Source of the DNA: an uncultured Methanosarcinales archaeon
GTDB lineage: Archaea > Nanobdellota > Nanobdellia > Woesearchaeales > UBA583
Length of the DNA stretch: 64,000 bases
Assembly (NCBI GenBank): GCA_964429995.1
Contig: CAYSDY010000002.1
Span: 110,361-174,360, forward strand
Reading direction: 5' to 3'
Shown here: positions 38,309 through 45,768 of the stretch, in pieces
Layout of the letters: each line of letters starts with the position of its first letter
Position numbering within the stretch: the first letter of the stretch is position 1
Program-made: the position numbers and the translations under genes
The notes under the pieces: model-generated
What the model saw: the letters and a program-made list of their open reading frames with translations, nothing else
The model's database searches: none
What the model was told of the DNA's origin: nothing

Positions 38309-38348
38309 ATTAGCAGTGCTGCGCAATACCGAGTTATGCGACCTTGGC
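38309..38348 (-). repeat. Tandem partial duplicate of tRNA-Ser 5-prime half (acceptor/D-arm/anticodon loop, ~40 nt, 3 mismatches)
   Basis: Reads gccaaggtcgcataactcggtattgcgcagcactgctaat on the minus strand, versus gccaagatcgcataactcggtattgcgctacactgctaat in the tRNA. It lies 29 nt upstream of the tRNA 5-prime end. It is a likely att remnant. Confidence 0.55.
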
Positions 38349-38447
38349 TTTATAATATTTGTTTATAGTATTTCATTTATAATATTTTTGTTTTTGTTTT
38401 ATGGATAAATCTAAAGTTTTATAAATGAGATTTATTTTCCTTTTATT

Positions 38448-38615
38448 ATGGCTGATATTAAATATGATGAGTATGGAAATAAACTTGTCAATGATTTTGG
38501 AAGTGTAACATTTAAATGTCCAAAATGTGGAGAAGTTGAAATTTCAAGAAGCAGAAAAGCAAGAGAACTTGTAAAAGAGTATACTTGTCCTAAATGTGGA
38601 TTTATAGGTCCTTAA
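38448..38615 (+). CDS. Small zinc-ribbon protein (two CPKCG pairs), 55 aa
   Basis: My translation is MADIKYDEYGNKLVNDFGSVTFKCPKCGEVEISRSRKARELVKEYTCPKCGFIGP*. Too short for the ORF track. Compact intergenic placement ahead of the PPIase gene. Confidence 0.45.
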   Translation: MADIKYDEYGNKLVNDFGSVTFKCPKCGEVEISRSRKARELVKEYTCPKCGFIGP

Positions 38616-38628
38616 ATATTTTTTTCAA

Positions 38629-39279
38629 ATGGTTGTAAAGAAAGATTCTTTTTTTAGCAAACCTTATGTGTTGTTATCTTTGTTTTTGTTGATTTTATGT
38701 GTTTTATCTCTTTGGTTTGTATTTTCTCAAATTAGCAATTTAAATGTAAAAATGGAAAAAAATGATAATTATGAAAGTAATCCTACTGTTGTTTTTGATA
38801 CAAATTTTGGTATTATAAAGCTTGAGGTTTTTTTGAATGAAAGTCCAGTTACAGCAGGTAATTTTATTAATCTTGTAAAAACTGGTTTTTATGATGGAGT
38901 TAAATTTCATAGGGTTATTAATGGTTTTATGATTCAATCAGGTGATCCTTTGTCTAAGAATGACTCTTTGAAGAGCAGATGGGGAACTGGTGGAAGTGAA
39001 AATATAGAAGATGAATTTATAAGTGGACTTTCAAATGTTAGAGGAACTATTGCTATGGCAAATACTGGTAAAAAAAATAGTGGATCTTCTCAATTTTTTA
39101 TAAATCTTGTAAATAATACAGGTCTTGATTGGGATAAGGAACCTTTAACAAGTAAACATCCAGTTTTTGGAAAAGTTATTGAAGGAATGGATGTTGTTGA
39201 TAAGATTGCACTTGTAAGTACTGGTTCAGGCAATATGCCTTTAAATCCGGTTATTATTCAAAAAGCTTATATTGATTAA
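38629..39279 (+). CDS. Cyclophilin-type peptidyl-prolyl cis-trans isomerase with N-terminal membrane anchor
   Basis: FYDGVKFHRVINGFMIQSGDP and GTIAMANTG...SQFFINL blocks are typical of cyclophilins. N-terminal TM LLSLFLLILCVLSLWFVF. Confidence 0.85.
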   Translation: MVVKKDSFFSKPYVLLSLFLLILCVLSLWFVFSQISNLNVKMEKNDNYESNPTVVFDTNFGIIKLEVFLNESPVTAGNFINLVKTGFYDGVKFHRVINGFMIQSGDPLSKNDSLKSRWGTGGSENIEDEFISGLSNVRGTIAMANTGKKNSGSSQFFINLVNNTGLDWDKEPLTSKHPVFGKVIEGMDVVDKIALVSTGSGNMPLNPVIIQKAYID

Positions 39280-39294
39280 TTTATTTTATTTTTT

Positions 39295-40299
39295 ATGAAT
39301 TCTAGTGAAAAATTAAGTTTACCTGAAAATATTGTTTCTGAATTGAAAAAAAAGCAGTATGGAGTGTATAATCATTCTGCTGTTCAGATATGCACATGGA
39401 ATAAAAAAGCCCTTATTGAAGGGGGAACATGTTATAAAGAGAAGTTTTATGGTGTTGATTGTCATTCATGCATGCAGTTTTCTCCTGTTGCTATGTGGTG
39501 TCAGCAGAATTGTACTTTTTGCTGGAGACCAATGGAGTATATGAAAAATATAACTATAAAGTATGATGATGTTGATGCTCCAAATCAAATTGTTGATAAT
39601 CTTGTTGTTTTAAGACAAAAGCTTGTTTCTGGTTTTAAAGGAAATTCTAAAATAAGTATGGAAAAATGGAATGAATCTTTAGTACCAACACATTATGCAA
39701 TTTCACTTTCAGGAGAACCTACATTATATCCTAGACTTAATGAGATGGTAATGTATCTTAAATCTTTAGAAAGAACTAAAACAATTTTTATAGTTTCAAA
39801 TGGCCAGGAACCTGAATATTTTAAAAACCTTATAAATGATGAAAAATCAATGCCAACACAACTTTATCTTTCAATAGATGCACCTACCAAAGCTCTTTTT
39901 AAGAAGATAAATTGTCCTGTTTATCCTGATGGCTGGGAAAGACTTAACATGACTTTATCTTATTTTAGCAAGATTAAAACAAGAAGGGTTTTTAGGATGA
40001 CACAGATTAAAGGGCTTAATGATGTTGATGAACTTATTGATGATTATAATAAAATGATTGAACTTGGAAAACCTGATATAATAGAGGTTAAGGCATATAT
40101 GCATATTGGTTGTAGTAGGAATAGACATACTAAGGATCAAATGCCTTTTCTGGATGATGTTGAGCGGTTTGCAAGAAAACTTGAAGCTTCTAATCCTAAT
40201 TATACTATAATGGATGTTATGGAAGAATCAAGAATAGTTGTAATGTTAAGAATTGATTCTGCGTATACTCTAAAAATTCAAAAGTATGAAAATCAGTAA
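39295..40299 (+). CDS. taw1: tRNA 4-demethylwyosine synthase Taw1/TYW1-like radical SAM enzyme
   Basis: QICTWNKKALIEGGTCYKEKFYGVDCHSCMQFSPV and CQQNCTFCWRP (radical SAM CX3CX2C) are characteristic of archaeal Taw1. Confidence 0.75.
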   Translation: MNSSEKLSLPENIVSELKKKQYGVYNHSAVQICTWNKKALIEGGTCYKEKFYGVDCHSCMQFSPVAMWCQQNCTFCWRPMEYMKNITIKYDDVDAPNQIVDNLVVLRQKLVSGFKGNSKISMEKWNESLVPTHYAISLSGEPTLYPRLNEMVMYLKSLERTKTIFIVSNGQEPEYFKNLINDEKSMPTQLYLSIDAPTKALFKKINCPVYPDGWERLNMTLSYFSKIKTRRVFRMTQIKGLNDVDELIDDYNKMIELGKPDIIEVKAYMHIGCSRNRHTKDQMPFLDDVERFARKLEASNPNYTIMDVMEESRIVVMLRIDSAYTLKIQKYENQ

Positions 40300-40403
40300 T
40301 TAGAGTATATGTTATTGAGAATTTTGAAAAACCCTAAAATTCTCAGAAGAGTGTTATCAAAAAACTCTTATAAGTCCTAATGGAACAAGTTCAATTCTAA
40401 ATT

Positions 40404-40540
40404 TATTCCTTTGAATACTCCACTGCTCTGTGCTTTAATATTCAAAGGAATGATCAAAAATTGCAATAAAAAAAATTGAGTGATAAATACCCCATCATTT
40501 ATTCATAGGAATAACTCAAATTTTGTAATTTTTGTTTTAT
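40404..40540 (+). repeat. ~135-nt structured intergenic element, copy A (12-bp perfect stem ttcctttgaata/tattcaaaggaa + conserved ~95-nt tail)
   Basis: Matches 45647..45768. Stem sequences are identical, loops differ (20 nt vs 11 nt). The tail tgatYaaaaattgcaRtaaaaaaaaWtgagtgataaatRccccatcatttat...gRataaYtcaaattttgtRatttttgttttat is more than 90% identical. Confidence 0.6.
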
Positions 40541-40645
40541 AGGTTTTTTACAACCCTCTATTAAAAATTAATTTTAAAAATATGTTATATTTTTACTGTT
40601 AAGTTTAAACATTTATTTAAAATATTTTTTTATACTTTCTTATCT

Positions 40646-43537
40646 ATGAGATATTACAAGACAGGTATTTGCGTTTTATTGTTTTTTTTTGTTTTTTGCA
40701 ATGTTGTTTTTGGTGTTGGCGTCTTTGAAAATGGACGATATGTTTATTATACTAATAATTCACAACCACAGATAAGTATTAATATTACTGCTGGCAATGA
40801 AAGGCTTTTTATTGATAAAGGAGTTTTTTCATCTGATAATTTTGAAAAAGTTTATATTATACCTTCAGAGGATAGATATTTACCTTTATTTGCAAGTGGT
40901 AGTTATAATTTTTTACTTGATTTTGGAATTTCAAACATGAATAATCCTAAATTTAAATTGTTTGTTTATGATATGTCTAACAATCAGGTTGTTCCTAAGG
41001 GAGATTCTGTTGATTTTTCTTTAGTTTATGATAATGTGTCTCCTTTTATGACTTATTTTTTGAATGATATCAAAAAGAGTTCTAAACTAATGTTTAAGTT
41101 TAATGAGAGAATTTCTGAGCTTAAGGTTTCTTTTGATGGTCTTGGAACAATAAGATATAACAATATAGAGTACAATAATGTTTTGCTCAATGATATAATT
41201 TCAATTGATGTATCGAGTCTTAATTTTAAGAAGGATTTGTATGATATAACAATAGAATATGTAGATCTTGCTGGGAATGTTGTTGTTGAAACAAAAACAG
41301 TTTATGTTGGTCTTGAAGATCTTAAGGTTGAACTTCTTACAGTTAATGAGGATTCTTCTTTAAAGTATAATTATGATTCAAAATACCCATCTTTTTTTAA
41401 CAAAACAATATATTCTTCTTCTTCTGATTTTTTAATTAAAATAAAGACCAATAAAAATGCAAACTGTTTTTTTAGTTCTTCTTCTTATCAATTTAAAGAA
41501 TTTTATGCTCTTAATGATAAAAAATTAATGGAAAGCGATTCTGAAAATTTGACACATAGTGTAAGTGTTGGAAAGTTGGATGAGAAAATATGGATAGCTT
41601 GTCAGAATACTTATTATGAGAGTGAAATTGTTTATCTTAGTGCGGTTATGGGACTTGGAAATACTTTAATAAATATTGAAAAGTATGATCCATTAACTTT
41701 ATCTATTATTGATTTTGAACCAACAGGATTAGTTACAAATAATCCATTTTCTGTTTTGGCAAATACTGATAATCGTGCTATTTGTAATTATAGAATAGAT
41801 GATGCTGAACTTTTAATGATGGATACTTTAAATTTTACATCTTTTAAAAAAGAGAATGTTCAAACTACTGTTGGTACTCATGAACTGTATTTTGAATGTT
41901 TTGATGTTTTGGGCAGAAAGGCTGTAAAGAATACAAATATTCAGGTTGATCCTAATAGAGGAGTAAGTATTGTTAGTTATTCTCCTAAATATGTTGCAAA
42001 GACTTCTTCAGATATAGAGCTTACATTAAGTGAATCTAATAATGATATAAAATGCCGTTATAGTAAGACACAAAAAAGTAAGAGTAGTTTTTTAACATTG
42101 CCTTTGATATCTAATGGAGTGGGTAATAAGAGAAGTTTTTTACTTAGTGGCCTTGTTTCTGGAAATAATACAGTTTATATATATTGTAGCAAAAATGATG
42201 AGATTAGCGAGGATGTGATATCAATTATATATGATGATAAAGGGATGATGATTGATAATCTTAAATTTATTAATGGAAAGTATAAAAGTGATTATCTTGG
42301 TAGTTCTTTAGAACTTGAATTAGATTTTGATTTATCATCTCTTGTTCCTGTTTCTAAATATACTTTAACTGTTGTTTACAAGGATGATGATAATTATAGT
42401 AAAACTTATTCTGGTAGCAAACCATTATATCTAAAAAGAGATCTTAATGATTCTTTAAAGGTTGTTCTTGTTGCTGATAATGGTTTAACTACTGTTACAA
42501 AAGAGAAGATGATAAAGTTTGATATGGATCCTCCGGTTGTTGAGATAATTAATGTGCTTCAGGGAAAAAAGATTACATGTACAGATCCATTAAGTGGTTG
42601 TGCGTTGATATATTATGGATTTTCAAAAACGGATTTTGATTGTTTGCCAAATAAAATATATGCTAATTCCTCAGATGTGATCAATGTTGCTGGTCAGGTT
42701 TACATGTGTGCTCAGGCTTTTGATTATGTAGGATTATCTTCTAAAGTAACAGTTCTTGTTGGTGATTATAAGCCAAAAGAGGAAGAAAAGAATACTACAG
42801 TTGTTGATAATAAAAAGGATGATAAAAAAACAGATACTGATGATAAAAAGGTTACAGAACCTGAAAATCCATTTAAGAATATAGATGAAGATGATAATAC
42901 ATCTGATGAAAATAATACTGGAATGATAATAGGTGCTGTTATTTTATTGTTTGCAACTGTTGGTGGAGGAGGTTATTATGCATATAAAAAAGGATATCTA
43001 AACAAGGAGCTTGAAAAATTAGGAATAAAAACACATATGCAGAATTCTGGCAATGATTCTTTAATGCAGAATAATTCATCATCAGCAGGAAAAAATAATG
43101 GAATGATTTATGATTCATCTTCTATGCCTTATAGTAACAGGAAAGTTTCATCTTATGATTCTGGTGCTGAATATGATAAGCATATAAACAAAATAAATAG
43201 TTTTATTGATTCAAAGATTAGTGAGACATCTAATGTATTTGCTGAATTTGATGAAAAGAAAAAAAAGAAGGATGATGATAAGGATTCTGATTTTGATCAA
43301 AAAACTCTTATATCAAAAAAGAAATCTAAATCAAATATTATTGAAGAAGAGGATTTTGATGAATTTTACAAAGCAAGCAAGGAAATAGAAAAAAACATAC
43401 AAATGGATGACATAAAAGATCAAGCTACATCATTTGAGGAATATTATAAAAACAAAAAAAAAGACAAATCAGAATTAAAAGATAAGGATATTAAAAATAA
43501 GGATTCTAATAAAAAGGATGATGAAAAGAGTAAGTAA
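40646..43537 (+). CDS. Large cell-surface protein (signal peptide, Ig/beta-sandwich-like repeats, C-terminal TM anchor and K/D/E-rich cytoplasmic tail); S-layer/adhesin candidate
   Basis: N-terminal ICVLLFFFVFCNVVFG signal. C-terminal GMIIGAVILLFATVGGGGYYAYKKG TM followed by a lysine/aspartate-rich tail. Confidence 0.6.
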   Translation: MRYYKTGICVLLFFFVFCNVVFGVGVFENGRYVYYTNNSQPQISINITAGNERLFIDKGVFSSDNFEKVYIIPSEDRYLPLFASGSYNFLLDFGISNMNNPKFKLFVYDMSNNQVVPKGDSVDFSLVYDNVSPFMTYFLNDIKKSSKLMFKFNERISELKVSFDGLGTIRYNNIEYNNVLLNDIISIDVSSLNFKKDLYDITIEYVDLAGNVVVETKTVYVGLEDLKVELLTVNEDSSLKYNYDSKYPSFFNKTIYSSSSDFLIKIKTNKNANCFFSSSSYQFKEFYALNDKKLMESDSENLTHSVSVGKLDEKIWIACQNTYYESEIVYLSAVMGLGNTLINIEKYDPLTLSIIDFEPTGLVTNNPFSVLANTDNRAICNYRIDDAELLMMDTLNFTSFKKENVQTTVGTHELYFECFDVLGRKAVKNTNIQVDPNRGVSIVSYSPKYVAKTSSDIELTLSESNNDIKCRYSKTQKSKSSFLTLPLISNGVGNKRSFLLSGLVSGNNTVYIYCSKNDEISEDVISIIYDDKGMMIDNLKFINGKYKSDYLGSSLELELDFDLSSLVPVSKYTLTVVYKDDDNYSKTYSGSKPLYLKRDLNDSLKVVLVADNGLTTVTKEKMIKFDMDPPVVEIINVLQGKKITCTDPLSGCALIYYGFSKTDFDCLPNKIYANSSDVINVAGQVYMCAQAFDYVGLSSKVTVLVGDYKPKEEEKNTTVVDNKKDDKKTDTDDKKVTEPENPFKNIDEDDNTSDENNTGMIIGAVILLFATVGGGGYYAYKKGYLNKELEKLGIKTHMQNSGNDSLMQNNSSSAGKNNGMIYDSSSMPYSNRKVSSYDSGAEYDKHINKINSFIDSKISETSNVFAEFDEKKKKKDDDKDSDFDQKTLISKKKSKSNIIEEEDFDEFYKASKEIEKNIQMDDIKDQATSFEEYYKNKKKDKSELKDKDIKNKDSNKKDDEKSK

Positions 43538-43582
43538 GGTTTTATTTATCTAAGTTTTCTTTTAAAAGGAAATTCTTTTTAA

Positions 43583-44284
43583 ATGAAACATAGTTTTATA
43601 TTTTTAATGAATAAAAAGAAAGGTTTTTTGGATTACCTTAAAAGGTTCTGGAAATATTTATGGCATGATGATTCTTTGGGTTCTTATGTCTTAAATTTTA
43701 TTTTTGCATTTATTTTTATAAAATATCTGTTCTTTCCTACAATTGGTTTTTTACTTAACAATGATTATCCTATGGTTGCAATTGTTTCAGGTAGTATGGA
43801 ACATAAAATAGTTAATCATAATGTGTGTGATAAAAATGTTGTTGATACGCAAAATAAAAACCTTAATTTTGATGAATGGTGGAGTTTGTGTGGTACATAT
43901 TATGAAAAGATTAACATAACAAAAGCTGACTTTAAAGATTTTGATTATTCAGGTGGGCTTAATATAGGAGATATGATGGTTTTGTATGGAAAAGATCCTA
44001 AAAACATAGAAGTTGGAGAAATACTTGTATTTATTCCACAAGATAGGAATTTTTTTGTGCAAAAAGGTCCAGTTATACACAGAGTGGTTGATAAATGGGA
44101 AAATGAGAATGATGGTAAGTTTTATTTTGCAACTAAAGGGGATCATAATTCTGAAATATTTAAAGATTTTGAAAATAATATATCATCTGATAATGTGATT
44201 GCTGTTGGAGTTGTAAGAATTCCTTATATGGGATATGTAAAGATTATGTTTACAAAATTGGTATCTTATGTGACTGGTGGTTAG
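43583..44284 (+). CDS. Signal peptidase I (S26 family, archaeal Sec11-type)
   Basis: VAIVSGSMEH (box B Ser), GDMMVLYG (box C), IHRVV and TKGDHN (box D/E). Confidence 0.65.
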   Translation: MKHSFIFLMNKKKGFLDYLKRFWKYLWHDDSLGSYVLNFIFAFIFIKYLFFPTIGFLLNNDYPMVAIVSGSMEHKIVNHNVCDKNVVDTQNKNLNFDEWWSLCGTYYEKINITKADFKDFDYSGGLNIGDMMVLYGKDPKNIEVGEILVFIPQDRNFFVQKGPVIHRVVDKWENENDGKFYFATKGDHNSEIFKDFENNISSDNVIAVGVVRIPYMGYVKIMFTKLVSYVTGG

Positions 44285-44288
44285 GCAA

Positions 44289-45623
44289 ATGATTGAATCA
44301 AAACTTAGAAGTGTTGTTTTAGGAAGGATTAAAACGGATGAGTCTGAACATGCTTTTATTACATCTTGTGTTGAATCTGTTATTAAAAATCTTACAACTT
44401 GTGCTGAAAAATTAAATATTGACTGTAATTTTTTTGTTGGTGGTAGTTTTGGAAAGAATACTTATCTTAAGAATAATTCAGATGTTGATGTCTTTGCAAG
44501 GTTTTCTTTATCATATGATGATGATAAACTTAATGTTTATCTTGAAAAAATTTTAGAATTGGCTGGATATGATTATAAAAAACTTAAAGGATCAAGAGAT
44601 TATTTTGCTTTTTCTTTAAAGAATGGTAAAATTAGTCTTGATTTTGAGATAGTTCCTAATAGGTTTATTTTGTCTGCGGATAAGGCATTAAATACTACTG
44701 ATGTTTCTCCTTTTCATGTTGAGTTCATAAAAAAGATAGCTAAAAAAAATCCTTCTGTTTGCGATGAGATAAGACTTGCAAAACAGTTTTTTAAATCAAA
44801 AAAGTTATATGGTGCTGAGAGTTATATTAAAGGGTTTTCAGGTCATGTTATAGATATTATGATAAGTTATTATGGTAGTCTTGAAAACTTGCTAAATGAT
44901 GCTAAAACATGGGGAGAAGAAAAATTGATCGACATTAACAATGAATATGGATGTATTGATAAGGCAAAAGATTTTATGGGTAAATGTGGTAAATCATCAA
45001 GACTTATAGTTGTTGATCCTGTCTTAAAAGAGCGTAATGCAGCAAAATCGTTAAGTGATGATAATTATGCAAGATTCATTTTGATTGCAAATTTTATTTT
45101 GGAATTAAAAGAATCAGATTTTATAATAAATGATGTAGAAATCTTAGACTTATTTAAAAGTGCAAAAAAATTTGCAGAATCAAATGGTATGTTTTTTCTT
45201 TCGTATATTGTATCAGTTGATATGAAAGGAAATAGTTGTGATATTGTTGGGTCAAAACTTTTAAAATTACATGGAAAACTTAAAAAGTATTATGAATCGT
45301 ATGATTTTTTTTCATTAAAGGATACTTTTTCAGTAGAACTTAAAAGATCTAATCAGGCTTTAATGGTATTTTTTTTTGAATATTCTAAATTGTCTGACCT
45401 AAAAAAGGTTATAGGTCCTTATGTTCATATGAAAGATAGTGTTGCAAATTTTATAAAAGATAAAAAATTTTATTTTGTTGAAGATTTTAGAGTTTACTCG
45501 TATCAGAAGAGAGATAAGTGCAAACTTAAGGATATTGCTTTTGTTGATGCTTTAAAAATGGAAAAACTTTTAGGTAAGGATATGAGTTTTGTTTCAAAAG
45601 TTAGATTTTATTCTAATCTTTAA
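44289..45623 (+). CDS. cca: CCA-adding enzyme (archaeal class I tRNA nucleotidyltransferase)
   Basis: FFVGGSFGKNTYLKNNSDVDVFARF (G[GS]x9-13Dx[DE] Pol-beta NTase motif) in a ~445-aa protein. I prefer the ATG at 44289; the ORF track's 44277 start is GTG. Confidence 0.6.
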   Translation: MIESKLRSVVLGRIKTDESEHAFITSCVESVIKNLTTCAEKLNIDCNFFVGGSFGKNTYLKNNSDVDVFARFSLSYDDDKLNVYLEKILELAGYDYKKLKGSRDYFAFSLKNGKISLDFEIVPNRFILSADKALNTTDVSPFHVEFIKKIAKKNPSVCDEIRLAKQFFKSKKLYGAESYIKGFSGHVIDIMISYYGSLENLLNDAKTWGEEKLIDINNEYGCIDKAKDFMGKCGKSSRLIVVDPVLKERNAAKSLSDDNYARFILIANFILELKESDFIINDVEILDLFKSAKKFAESNGMFFLSYIVSVDMKGNSCDIVGSKLLKLHGKLKKYYESYDFFSLKDTFSVELKRSNQALMVFFFEYSKLSDLKKVIGPYVHMKDSVANFIKDKKFYFVEDFRVYSYQKRDKCKLKDIAFVDALKMEKLLGKDMSFVSKVRFYSNL

Positions 45624-45646
45624 AGTTATATTTTAGGTTTATGTTT

Positions 45647-45768
45647 TATTCCTTTGAATAAATGAATACTTCAAAGGAATGATTAAAAATTGCAGTAAAA
45701 AAAAATGAGTGATAAATGCCCCATCATTTATGGCTGGGATAATTCAAATTTTGTGATTTTTGTTTTAT
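45647..45768 (+). repeat. Structured intergenic element, copy B; overlaps the last 13 codons of smc
   Basis: See 40404..40540. It lies between the convergent cca and smc genes. Confidence 0.6.

Noticed and set aside
38204-38326. TTG at 38326 as the integrase start (ORF-track call MRSTANP...)
   Set aside because: This portion is the tRNA-Ser gene and its duplicate read in the int frame, so it cannot be a genuine independent N-terminus. It is kept only as evidence of an open frame through the tRNA.
43150-43537. Apparent DNA-level repetitiveness (aaaaag / gatgat runs) at the 3-prime end of the surface-protein gene
   Set aside because: It is coding, a lysine/aspartate-rich cytoplasmic tail after the TM anchor. 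It is a low-complexity protein region, not a tandem DNA repeat element.
44277-44288. GTG start at 44277 for the CCA-adding enzyme and TTG starts at 16472 (res), 52898 (cmk), 55463 (dedA)
   Set aside because: The ORF track reports the most upstream alternative start. Nearby ATG (or GTG for cmk) codons give conventional N-termini and smaller overlaps. The true starts remain uncertain.
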